Below the pieces are notes generated by a model. The model was not told the DNA's origin. It ran no database searches and saw only the letters and a program-made list of their open reading frames with translations. Source: Balanoglossus misakiensis (taxonomy: Eukaryota; Animalia; Hemichordata). From it: 64,000 nt of DNA. Location: NCBI GenBank assembly GCA_040954595.2, contig CM082592.2, forward strand, positions 9,721,677-9,785,676, written 5' to 3'. Position 1 is the first letter of the stretch, and every line of letters begins with the position of its first letter. The translations under genes were made by a program, and so were the position numbers. Shown here piece after piece: positions 11,843 through 24,469 of this stretch.

Positions 11843-14363
11843 ATGGAAAAAGAAGGTACGTTGTTCAAATAACTTTCGCAGGATGAAGGTAAATAGTAAG
11901 AAACGTTTATCTAAAACGTGTGAAACTATGGGCCATGTGCATTTTCATAGATTTCATGTGAGATTGCGCTGAGCAGCCTGGTATCTGTGTACGTGAGTGG
12001 ATGTCACTGGACTGTGAAATGAAGCAGACGTGTCAATTTTGGATATGTGTTTTATGTTTGATGGCCATCAAGATATTTTCTATGTTGTTTCAGACGTCGT
12101 AGCATTATTATTAAACGTCTTTCTCTCTTATTTCTTTGTTCTTTTCCCACGACAGAAGTCGTAGGTTATTTCATGCAACGCATGGAGGAAGATCCAGACA
12201 TGTCATCAGCTGTTGCGGCCATACACACATTGATCAATTTCATGAAAGTGAATACAGGTAATAATTCTTACAAAAGGAAATCATCAAATGCACAAAGAAT
12301 GTGGCTGAATGATATAAAGAAAAAAGAGGACCAAACAACTGATTGATCGAGATGAAGATTCTCACTTTACAATACAAATAAATTATGAAAACGGCACTAG
12401 TACATTTTATAATATTTATTTGCAGCTGAGACGTTATCTGGACTGAGGGCACAACTGAAAGACTGCATTGACTGGTTGACACACACGGATAGCATGGTGA
12501 CATCGATATCATCAGGATGTGAACTTTTTCTCCGATTCATCACATTAGCTTCATTGGAACATTCAGTGAGTGTCTGCCTGAAGAATAAACATTGCAGCAT
12601 CTGTCTGGACAAGTCTAGTCACATTGGTGACAGTTTTATGACAACATGAACAGTCATGGGAAGAGCAATAATAGCTTGTGCATTCCATGTAATTTGATTG
12701 GCTGACAAACATCACATGACATATGTGTGACGTTTAATGCTATTGGTCAAGAATTTGACAGCACAGGTGAAAGAATCCTTTAAGAAAAAATATCTTACAG
12801 CTTTACTGGAGTTGTTGTATTTTCTAATCTTCTATCCAGAATTTTCAAGAGTGCAAGAAGATCCTGATAGAAAGAGGAGAACTTTTTCTGAGCAAAGTTG
12901 CAAAAGCGAGACAAAAGATTGCCAGGCTGGGAAATCCATTTATTCAAGATGGTTGTGTAAGTATCCACTGAGTTCAAACCTAAAAGTGTCTTGATGCATT
13001 TTAAAATCAACCATATGCTATCTAATACCAGGTCTTTCATTTTATTCACAGACGATTTTAACTCATTCTTTTTCAAGAGTTGTATTGACATTATTGGAGG
13101 AAGCTGCTGCTTCAAAGAAAAGATTCAATGTTTACGTCACAGAGTCTTGTCCGGATAAATCAGGGTAGGTTTTATCAGCATATTGTGCATTGTCACAGAA
13201 TTGTCCAGACAAAATTAAGGATGCATTGCCAATATTTTTGTCTAGGAGAGTCAGGGTAATTTGTAACAGTTTTGCCAAAGTCACAGACAGATCATGGTAG
13301 GTGTCACTTGTTGTATTGTGGAGATAAAATTAATGCTCATCATTTATATCGACAGACTCATCATGGCCAACAAGCTCAGAGAATCAGGCATTCCTGTAAC
13401 AGTAATTCTTGATGCAGCAGCTGGGTAGGTGGTACTTTGACCTTTGACCCATGTCAGCCAGGAGCATTCTGTTCTTGATCATGTGATATTGCTCAAGTAA
13501 TGTTTATCTTGGATATTACCTGTGGTTTTGGTGACTTGGGATTTGTGAACTTGTATACGTCTGGTTTTCATACAAGTGTACATCAGTCATAAACAGTTTA
13601 TCATGTATGTCTTCTATTGTAGCTATGTGATGGAGAAAGTCGACATGGTAATTGTCGGTGCTGAAGGTGTTGTAGAGAGTGGAGGAATTATTAATAAGGC
13701 AAGTCTATGATGTTCGTTTCAGACCAGTTTTGTCATTTCTTTCGGGGCTATCTGCATCATTTGTATTCAAACCAAGTTCAGTGTGACCTTTCTAAAAGTA
13801 GCACGGTGACTACATACTCGCAAAGTTTCATCACAAATTCAATTTGACATATTTTAGCTGGTACTGGAAGTGTTAACAGGTACTGAAGTACTTTCCTTGA
13901 ACACAAAATCATCAGTTGATGTCTTACCTGTTCTGCAATTTCATTCCAGATTGGCACTTACCAATTAGGTGTGTGCACAAAGGCAGCCAATAAACCTCTG
14001 TATGTGGTATCAGAAAGTTTTAAATTTGTCAGATATTATCCGTTAAACCAGGAAGATGTCCCAAACGAGTTTAGGGTGAGTGGCAAAAAAAATTCCATTA
14101 ACATCCCATATATAAGACTGTGTAAATTGCATTTTGCTACTGCTAATACTGAGTGTTGGTTCTTCAGATTAAATTTTAATATGTTGCTATTAATTACATT
14201 TTTACAGTATCGTGCATCAACACTGAGGGATATTCCAGATCTGAAAGATGAACATCCATTGACTGACTACACACCACCAGCATTCATCACCCTCATCTTC
14301 ACTGATCTGGGAGTTCTCACGCCGACTGCCATCAGCGATGAACTAATCAAGCTGTATCTTTGA
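11843..14363 (+). CDS. EIF2B1: Translation initiation factor eIF2B subunit alpha, multi-exon
   Basis: Exons read [81 protein letters not shown], and [32 protein letters not shown]. Confidence 0.97.
13699..13949 (+). other. Non-canonical GC-AG intron in EIF2B1
   Basis: Donor AAG|GCAAGT and acceptor TTCCAG|ATT restore the conserved GGIINK-IGTY motif in phase 0. Confidence 0.85.
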
Positions 14364-14814
14364 TGTACGCCCAAAAAAATAACTGATCAGATGCAGGAAT
14401 ATTGGGTCCACAGAGCTGTGGAGGTTTCTCAAGTGGATCAGGACTGAAGCTTTCTGAGTGGAGGAGTCAGTGCGTTTTGTCTGCCTCAGAAGACCCCATG
14501 AGAACTATATTTCAGCTCTTTATGTCGAGTTGAAAAAATTGACATGTTTGGACTCCCAGCATAAATGTTGACACCAGTGACTATTGAGTTCTTATCCCAA
14601 AAGTCTCCATTCTGGCATAAACAAACAAATCATTACCGCCACACCTTTGCATACTTGAGAACTAGGCTATTTATTGAAAGTATAAATTTACAACGAAAAA
14701 ATGGTGTCCATGATTCTAACATCGTTCTGATTCTGACACGTAACAGAGTCTGCTGTAAACATTTCCTCTCGTTGAGATCCAGCTGTTGGTTACATGAACC
14801 AAGGTGTCTGCACA

Positions 14815-15960
14815 TTATTGCCAGTTGATTTTCAGATTCCTTGGCAAGTCCTGCTGGATAAGTTCATCAAATGCACTTGTGTCTTTCACTTCAGTCTCAT
14901 AAAAGTTCACAACATCATTTATTGTTTTGAGTTCATTCAGCTGGTAGCTTGTCGGGCAATGCTTGAATACTTCCATGCACTGTGCGAGAACCTGAAGAAA
15001 AAAACACATCAAATATACATATACATGACCTATGTTTGCATGGTTTTATTCAATTCTTTATAAAAAAAATTCAGATGCTCTATGCTCAATATGTAATCAG
15101 ACCCCATGTATGCATTAGTAAATAAAGTACATGAAGTATGGCTTTTAATTTTGAAAACGAAAAATTGCAGAAATTACCTTGTACTTCAGAGTCGGATCAG
15201 TAAGTGCAACGTTTCTCCAATCAGCAGTATCTGGATGGTGAGACTTGGTGATCATTTCTAGTTGTGCCACTGTGTCAGCTGTAGGTTTGTAAGCTCTCTT
15301 TCTGCAGCGTGGTCTGGGAAAGCAGTAGGACAGAAAAATGTCAATAAATACATCATGAAACTGACAGTATGTGATATGAACAAACCATACCATGGGATGC
15401 ATGTCATTAGGAAGTTGAACTGGTATTAAAATATATCAAAATGCTGTACACAAACCCTTTACCTGACTATAACATAAGGTTTCTCCTGCACGCCTGGGAT
15501 AGCCATATACTTGGCTTCAACAACATCTCCCTCTACATCATCCAGATCATCACTTGCTGGTTGACTCCCATACAGGATTCTTTTCAGCCAGGTCCTATCT
15601 TGGTGGCTAATGTCATCTGCATAATGCCTTGACTGGATCTTCGAAATTGCAATCTGTTTGAATACCATGAAAATACATGTTGATTGTGCCGTAATAAACT
15701 GAAGAAATGTAATGCATTGCATGGGCTGTGGGTTGTTAGTGTGTGTTACACACGTGTGTGGTAAACACCGTCCAATGTTACCGACCCTACCACCATGCAT
15801 GCTGGAGCACATAAACCGAAAGATTGTTGCTAATCACAAAACTTACCACAGAATTGAAATATATTTTGTTTCTTATCAATAAAAAGTTCCTGACGATATG
15901 CGTTTTCCCAGAAAACAGAGTTTGTGCCCCTTTGGCACAGAAACACAAGGACGTCGCCAT
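14815..15960 (-). CDS. MRPL50: Mitochondrial ribosomal protein mL50, four exons
   Basis: N-terminal presequence-like MATSLCFCAKG; conserved domain AYKPTADTVAQLE...WRNVALTDPTLKYKVLAQCMEVFKHCPTSYQLNELKTINDVVNFYETEVKDTSAFDELIQQDLPRNLKINWQ* resembles the mL50 C-terminus. Confidence 0.85.
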
Positions 15961-16363
15961 TGCTATCCCAGGGATCAATATTGTGTCAAAGGTTACATGA
16001 ATGTTCTATTTACGTGGGAAGGGGAGATTCCGCTTACAAGTCTTGGAATTCAGCAAATATTGCATCTGCCATTGAAAACTACATACACTATTTGTCTCTC
16101 CGCATTCAGTAGCGAAATAAAATTCATTTAATAAATATATACTAGCTATCGTCATCTGAAACGCTGTTACAAAATCCTATGTAATAAACCTGTCTGGAGA
16201 AATGAAATATTCTAAGCGTCCAACGCCCAAGAAGAAGCGATGTCGGTGGGTTTTATCGGGCTATCTCTCGTCGTTTTTAACAATTTTGTCAAATCTGAAG
16301 TAGGAAGAAAGGGGCCAAGTGTTCATCTTTGAACTTACTGAAGTTGGTTTACACTGAAACGAG
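15961..16363. promoter_or_regulatory. Probable divergent promoter for MRPL50/DGCR8, including a non-coding first exon of DGCR8
   Basis: Head-to-head arrangement; CpG-rich patch 16200-16640; donor-like GAG|GTATTT at ~16363; acceptor-like TTTTACTATTAAG| at 16763. Confidence 0.5.
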
Positions 16364-16828
16364 GTATTTCATTTGTCTTGTGCTTTATTGACCTACGTGT
16401 CGGCTGCTCTACTGCCAGGGTACCGGTACGTAGCCTTCAAATCATCATAGCGACGTCGCGACGCACTGTGTCTGCGATTGTTTTATTAAACCAAACGATC
16501 AGATATCAGACGCCCAGGTTTAAGTAACTGTTAGAAACCACGATCAGCTGATTTTGCAGAAAATATATAGATTTAATGCGTCTCTGATCGAAAAAATATC
16601 CAATTTAATCAAAATGCGATGGCGCCCTCTACCGTCCTTGTCAATGATCAAAGTTCACCCGTTTTGTTCATATATATTGCTTTAAAAGGACTCTATCAAA
16701 TTGGTGCCGTACTTTGTTTTTTTGTAATGATCGGACAAATTAATTTATAATTTTACTATTAAGGACATGTTGGAATGTGAAATGAGTTGTTGATTTTTCT
16801 TTTCCCCTTGGAGTATCTTTGGCCTGAA

Positions 16829-16931
16829 GAGTGAGCGACTGTTTGTACTGTTGTTTCCAATAGTGAAGACAGAGTTTTATGTGCACTGTCTGTCTTTGTT
16901 AATGAAAAGCACAGTACATGCGGCCGTACTC
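16829..16931 (+). ncRNA. pri-miRNA-like hairpin in the predicted DGCR8 5' UTR
   Basis: TGTACTGT (16844-51) pairs with ACAGTACA (16911-18). TAGTGAAGACAGA (16861-73) pairs with TCTGTCTTTGTTA (16889-901), 13 bp including G:U. 15-nt loop contains UGUG; basal GAGTG/TACTC; CCAC (CNNC) at 16931-34. Confidence 0.75.
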
Positions 16932-17329
16932 CACGCCTGTCAAGATTCAAGGTCAACGGAAACTAGAAATTTTGTCTTTTGATTTGTGTGTGTGTGAGTT
17001 GCTCTTGTATGTTAGTGCCTGAACGTCCTATGTGTTTCATGAGAGTCTAACTATATACCGTAGATGCCTTGTTCTTACCAAATAATGGGTGTGACTTTTT
17101 GCTCTATCACAGATAATCACTTGTCACCTTAAAACACAGACATACAGTATTGAAGCCGTTTGATTCACCACCAGTGAGCCTGTACATAGAATCCATCCAT
17201 GTTATTAGGCCTATCCTGCATTTCCACACTAAAGACACTGTGTGTGTAGGTAACTTTTAGTATGTTCTGAATGTACCTAGTAAATTGTACACAACATACA
17301 GGGGAGACAGACTTGGCCACGGCTCGTGG

Positions 17330-20300
17330 ATGGATGACAGTTCTGACTTGTTCACTGTGGTGCCCGGTTCGTACCCGGCACTGGACAGTGGGGGGTCACC
17401 TCCCTCGCTACCACAGCATCTGTCCAGTGAGACAGGAATGGACGACAGCTCTGGTAGTGATGGGAGCCAGCCAAGTGTAAACGCTGATGCGGTACGTCCG
17501 TACGAGGAGAACCAAGGCACGGCCAACAGCACTCGCGTGTCAGATATCGCAGAGGTCGAGAACGTCCACCAGGGTATCGCAGCCGAATTCGAAGAACTAT
17601 CCAAGGCTGTTCAGTCCTTAGAAGATTTGGGAGATATTGGAAGTCCTCGGGGCTCAAATAACGGTGTAATGTCTGATGAAGGTGCACAAGACCTGTCAGG
17701 TGCAGATTATATTTTAGGAACAGGGATATTCCAGTGTGAGACGGAAGAAATGATGCAGCTGGTTGGGAATGGTGAAGCGCAGGATTTTTCTGTCGATGCA
17801 TCGCTTACTGTAGATGGGAAGCAACTGTTCAAATCATCACAAGAGCCTGGGGATGACGGAAGTGGGAATTTCAGCGATGATCTGGCGTCCTGTGAAGAGA
17901 AGAAAGATGGGTTCAGTGCTGATCATTTTACTGATGATATGATGGATTTTCTGGATGAAGGGAGTCACCAAGACTCAAACGCAGGTTTTCTGTCACCCGA
18001 GTTCACAACAGAGCACTCATCCAGCGTCACTCAATCTCCTGACAATTCCACAAATGATGGCAGCCGTCCTGATCAGATCGGCCAGCCGGCAGCGACAGAA
18101 GCAAAGGAACATACATCGGATACTTCCTCTCAGGGTGGAATTGAAAACGCTGCTAATGATGGCGGCAGTGGTGAATGCTCGGAGAATCCCTCGAAAAAAT
18201 CAAAGTTGGACTCCGGGGGTTTTGATATGGACTTATCATGTTTCAAAATAAGTTTTAATGCAGGATTAAGCAAGCTGGGCTGCCGTGAAGTGGTATTCAC
18301 AGGTGATGGAGACCCTGCAGCTGAGGAAAGAAGTGCGCTCGACACAAGCAGAGAAGAAGGTGAACCCAAAGAGCAAGATCAACAAAATGATGTAGAACAG
18401 GATAACGAACTTGAACATGAGGATGGTGAGCTTGAATACAACATTGTGGACGACCTTGAAGACGACGCAGCAGACAAAGATGAAATGGCTGATGATGGAG
18501 AGTATGTCGCCGGGGCAACGGATGAGGAGGATGAAGGTGCAGAGAGCCTGACTGAAGAGATTGATGCCATGCTGGATGAAGGGGTATCGGATTACAAGGC
18601 AAGACGGAAGAGAAAACGCGACGAATCAGAAGGCGATGATCAGAGAGATCCAGGTGCTCCAGAAGGATTGATAGGAATCACCAACAAAAAGATGTTGAAA
18701 AGTAAGTCAAATTGTGACTGGTAAGTTTCGGCAAGGAGTTTAAATGATTCTGTAGGGTTTGGTATCTGTACACTAATCCTGTCTGTATTTTTAGAAAAAG
18801 AATAAAGTGCCCAGTTTCCCAATAGGTACATGTAGACTTGTAAATATGAGTGGAAATGCGGAAACAATAGACAGTATATCAGGTCAGCACTGATATTGTC
18901 ATATCATTATAAAGGTCTGATGTGGTGTTGATTACAGGTAGGGGTCGTGCATCCTTAGAGCCTCTGCCAGAAGGCTGGGTAGAGATCGCCCACAGAACAG
19001 GAATGCCACTGTATCTGCACAGAGCTTCTAGAGTGGTGACGTGGGCAAGACCTTACTTCCTGGGAGTCGGCAGTGCTAGGGTAAGTTACCGGTAACATCA
19101 CACACACGCACACACTGGATAAGTGGACTCCCACAGCAATACAATCAATATGGTATTAATGGTTTTCATTACTTCTCCGTGTTCAGAAACATAAAGTCCC
19201 ACTTCGGAGTGTACCATGCTTGCACTATAAAAAGGAATTAGAAAGAGAGAAAACAGGAGTGGTATCTCAAGACAGTGCAGTGGATGGAGGAACTGTAGAG
19301 GACAATGCAGGTGTGTGTATGTATCATTTAAAGGATAGTGACCACTATCCTTTACACTATCCTACATTTTGTCCTGGCCAATGAATGTCATGCATTGTTT
19401 TATGTTTGTTTGTATGTGTTTGTGTGTCTTAAAGAAGATGGTAATATTTACACATATCACGTTTGTAATTATTTCTTGTTTTGAACTTTGAATTTACTTG
19501 TACTGTTTTAAGGTGAAGCCACAAACTCAAATAATGCAAATGAGAATTCCAGTCAAACTGGTGAGGGCGCTGAAACTCAGGCCGGGGAGGAGAAGAAAGA
19601 TGAGATGAAGTCTAAAATTGAAGTTTGCAAAGACGAATCAGTCAGTAAGTCAGTTTACACCATATTTCATTATTAACATCAGTAATCTGTCTCATCGGGA
19701 TAAAATTGACAATCGGTATTTTTCTCTTTTCTATCAGGTCCTGAGGAGTTTGAATCATACCTTGAATCATTATTTGAATTTGAAAATATTTCCATCAAGA
19801 GATTTAAGTAAGTAAGATTTCACACCCTCATTTCCTGCACTTTTTATTATTGGAAAGCACTGTTGTTTGTTAGGGTACCCTTAAAGCAAAGCCAGTTTTG
19901 CTATCATGGATGACACCTGATATTTCTGAACATATAATATGGAATGTTCTGTCATTTCTGTTTTCAGATCTTGGGCTGCTAGAAGAGCACACAACAGAGA
20001 CATGAGACGGAAACAGGCAACAGAGAGACCCACCTTTGTGAGTGATTACTCAAATTGTCAGCTTTTTGGCTAGGTCGCCACAGAGGAATGAAATATGACT
20101 GTCAGTGGGAATTTCAGAAATGACCTCTTTATAGATTGGGACAGAATTTATACACATCTGTAATTATTCATACCGGGTAATATTTTTATCAAGGTATAGC
20201 TCTAATTTGACTTTGTTGTTCTTACAGCCTGGTAGTTCAAATGTCGTCACGTTGAAATTACCCGACAACGGACCAACGCACAAAGGCAAAAAAGGTAATG

Positions 20301-22262
20301 CATTGTAAAAAGGGCTTTGGGATTCTGTTACTTGATGTCTTAGCTTGCGTGTTCCAAAGCCGATGTTTCCCTGTCTTGCTTCTTTCAGAGATCACACTGA
20401 ACCTCCACGGCAAGACCAATGTCTGCTTACTCCATGAATATGCACAACGTGTTCTCCGAGCTCATCCAAAGTATATCTTCAATGAAAATGGTGAGTAGAT
20501 CCACTTCATATCAGCATGTCATTTTCATGATTTTAGACAATATGTCTAGCATCCTTTAGTCACGTTCAAGGATGATATTTTTCGAGTATTTTTACCAATT
20601 TTCACGCAACTTTCACATTGCAGAAAATGCCAATGCACCATTCCAGGCGGTTATCAAAATCAATGATGTGAAATACGGATCAGGGTTTGCTGCGAATAAA
20701 AAACTTGCCAAAGAAGAAGCAGGTAAGTTCCTACATTACAATGGTACATGTTTTGTAGACATGTACATTTGATAACATTCATTCTCATATTATTCTAATT
20801 TTGAAATGAACTAACTGGAAATTGCTTTTCGTTTCAGCAAAGAGTACCCTGGAAATCTTGGTTCCTGAACTGGTAGCCAAGAAACAGGAGCAGAAATCAG
20901 AACCAAATGATCTCGAGGTATGTCTTCATGATATTCACTGATAATAAAAATTCAGTCTGCATGTCTGGCCCTATGTTTATGCTACAAATTATACGAGCCT
21001 AGACATTTCCCCATTATAAGGACAGTCTATCAAAATCCCTTTTCTCTGTTTTCAGTACTTTGATCACATTCCAATAGAAGATTCCAGATTCTACGATCTA
21101 TGTCACAAAGCAGGGCAACTCACGCCATGGCAGATATTACAAGAATGTTTAAAAAGGTGAGTGTTCTCCAGTAGACTAGAATAAGACACCAAAGATATAC
21201 GGCAGCTCTGTTGATTAAATTCAAATAATACTTGTGCTCAGTATTAAGGCAGACAATTGATATTTCCACTGTACATTTGAGATTTCAATCAGTCCTGGTT
21301 GACAATCTTCAACTAACTGTTTAATTTTTTACAGGAACCATGGGATGGGTGATACTAATGTGAACTTTGATGTCAAAGTCGGCAAAAATCAAAAGAGTGA
21401 ATACACGATGACCTGCGGGAAGCATGTGGCAAAGGTTGGTTGAAACTGTGACATTTCTGCAGTCAATCTAAAATTCAAGAGCAAAGAATGAATTAGAATG
21501 AAACACTTGTAATGTGCTTGAGTCGATATGAAGTTAAATATCCAAATCCACACACACACAGACACTCACAATCTGTGGCCTTGTTCCTGATAACATGATG
21601 TCACCATTACAGGGTTTTTGCAAGAACAAGATTGTTGGTAAGCAGCTGGCAGCACAAACTATTTTACAGGTAATTGCATTTCCTTTACTGAGTTTTCTGT
21701 CAAACATGATAGTTATTTCTCAAGCTGGGTGCATGATTAGTTTTTGAACTATTGCCCGACCAGGCAATAGGTGAATGTGCTGAACGACAACATAATGTAT
21801 TGAGTCACTTGCGCTTGTCTGCAGGCTGTATGTCTTGCTGCAAAAATAAAAGTAGATTGCATAAACGCTCTCCTCTTCCCATTTTCCAGAAACTGCACCC
21901 GCAAATCAGGAACTGGGGCTCGCTGATCCGGATGTACGGGAAGGGAACGTGCGGCATCGAGAAAGTGAAAGAGCAGGAAGAACAGAGTGTGATGGAACTG
22001 CAGCAGCACGCCAAGAAGAACCGACCCAACATGCACATCTTGGAAAGACTGAAGAAAGAGATGAGGAAACTTCACAGTCAGGAGCAAGTAGGTGGAACCA
22101 ATCCCGCTGCTTCATGCATTATTTGATTCTGCAGTGAAAAGACCACACATCTACATTGGCTTTTTTCTTCTCTTTCCACAGGAAAAGAAAAAGAAAGTAA
22201 AGAAATTCCATCCGGGCAATATTGAGAAGCCATCCACCGCATTGTGTCCTCTTGACGTCTGA
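17330..22262 (+). CDS. DGCR8: Microprocessor subunit DGCR8/Pasha, multi-exon
   Basis: Long acidic N-terminal exon; WW/Rhed region [58 protein letters not shown] (heme-ligand Cys codon 19217-19219); two dsRBDs ([16 protein letters not shown]...[17 protein letters not shown]; [18 protein letters not shown]...[14 protein letters not shown]); C-terminal tail WGSLIRMYG...[16 protein letters not shown]; ends LCPLDV*. Start codon inferred. Confidence 0.96.
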
Positions 22263-24381
22263 AACCCCTCGCAGTCTGTCCACACCTTATCCAATGAATG
22301 GGATCGCCCATCAACAATGGAATCAGGGCCTACCCATTCACAATTCAGGGGTGGTGCACTTCTCTGGTATGCTGGATTTGCACAACTTAATGTAGAGTAC
22401 AATAATAATTCAGATTTACAGCTGTCAAAATTGTACAAAAATTCTGCAATATATTTCTTGTACTATGTTTAACGACCGTCCATCCAATATACAAGCCATC
22501 ATCTCATGAACTATGGCATTCATATGGGCAATATGTCTTTAAAAGACTAGAGAAGTCCAAATTTTACTTACTAATGACAAATTTTACTTACCATAACGAC
22601 AAGGATGCTAACTATACAAATCATGATTAAAGAAGAGTTTCAGTTCTTTCGTTCTTTCTGATAAAAGTTTCTAATGCGCACAAGTGCTACCAACACGGGA
22701 AATAGCTTTTTAAAAAAGGGGGGTGTATGAATTTTACTTGGTCTGCAAAAAAATCTAGCTTCGTGATTTCTTCCATCTTCAACATGAAAAGACAGTTGGG
22801 TGCTCAAACCACCGAACAAGAGCGACTATACTTTATTTCGTATATATATGCAGTGCATTAGACAAAGTAGATATCAGATTGGTTTTGAATTTTGAGGTGA
22901 ACCTTGGCGTACTTGAAATTAACCTGAATACTTCATAATATAATGTGACGTCCATGTTAATGTTACCTGAACACTGGATATATCACCTGGATATTTGCAA
23001 TTGTGATAGCTAGGAATATAACACGTTCCTGAAAAATCTGAACAATTTTACAAGAATATCTGTGTTTCTTAATATTACATTTTAATGAACTGTGCAGCTA
23101 TTTATGTTACATGTTACCTGATAATCTGTTCAATGCAACACAGATTCTTGGATAAGTTATTTATCTTGGATGGCTTTTGGTGAAACGTGTGTCATTGATG
23201 ATGATGCATGTAAGAATACTTGCCTGCTGTCTGGTCTACCAGTACTGTACCGTTGTATGGTGTATGTAACCAGGACATCTACTCACTTCATGTTTACATT
23301 ATATATACTGGATGTGTGCAAGGTGTGCCTTTTGCAATGTAACATGAATGACTGAGTTTTGTGTTCTGAATACTGTACAGTGTGGCAGCAAATTTGCAAT
23401 CATTGTACACTGGATATCGAGGTGTAATGTAGCGTAATGTAACGTGTATGTCATGTGTTGTGTAATCTCCAGTACTGTGCAATGTATTTTGTTCTATTGT
23501 ATTGCATGGCTGTATTAATGGAACATTGGTATAGACTTAAATGTCCATGCAATAGTGGAAATCATAATTTTATTCAGTGGGAGAGTAAGAATTTTTTTTT
23601 AATTTTTCTGAAAATGCCATGTAGGTCAGTCACAGAATGTGTACCATGGTGCAGCTGAATTTTGATATCCGCCCCAGTTTGTGTCACTCATGAAATGAAT
23701 GACATTAGGGCAAACAAGAAAAAAATCTTAAAGATTAATCAAAAAGCAGAATTCCGTGATTGTCCTTGTGCATGAGTATTGTTAACAAATGAACTTTTAA
23801 ATTCTTGATTGTTATTATTTTATATACAGTTGTATTTGAACCTCGCTAGGGAAAACATGATGCTGCTACAAATGTACAGTTATTAACCATCAATTAAACA
23901 TCTTCTAAGAGCAAGAAGTTTATCAAATCCCAAATTGGCAAAACATGTGGCAATAAGAAATATGCAAAAACATTCTTTTAGCAGCAGCTGTCAGTATATT
24001 TAACTCGGATCATTAGACCCCTCGTTTTCCCACCTGGTCAGTTTGAAAACTTGCAATTTTGTTTGATAAATGACAGGACACGAATAATATGATGAAATTG
24101 TAACTGTTGATGAATCATGTAAAATCACAGGTCGTTTCGTTTACAATCATGTGGCAAAAATCTGTTGTTCTGTTTCACAATTATGTGCCTGAGGTTTTGT
24201 ATGAGCAGCTCTTATTATTAGTTTATCATCAGAACTTGTACAGTTTATTGTAGGTTGGAATCGCCTTTTGCTGCCTCTGACTCAATCACGGCCTTTTACA
24301 CGACATAAACTTTTCTTACTACTGCACTTGTCAGGAGCATTTCTGGAAATATTTCAGTTTGTGTTAAAACTGTGTGCGGAG

Positions 24382-24469
24382 TGTTAGTATTGTAACAGTA
24401 CTAGTGAATGGTATGGGTTTCTGGATTCATTCAGGCATAAATTCCATTCACTTAAACTTAATGCTAGTA
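24382..24469 (+). ncRNA. Candidate stem-loop ~2.1 kb downstream of the DGCR8 stop (possibly in an extended 3' UTR)
   Basis: TGTTAGTATTG/TAATGCTAGTA (11 bp with G:U), AGT/ACT, AGTGAATGG/CCATTCACT (9 bp perfect), TATG/CATA and CTGGA/TTCAG. Confidence 0.45.

Noticed and set aside
17257-18602. Overlapping antisense and alternative-frame ORFs over the large DGCR8 exon (likewise over the SH3 exon)
   Set aside because: Shadow ORFs of long GC-richer coding exons.
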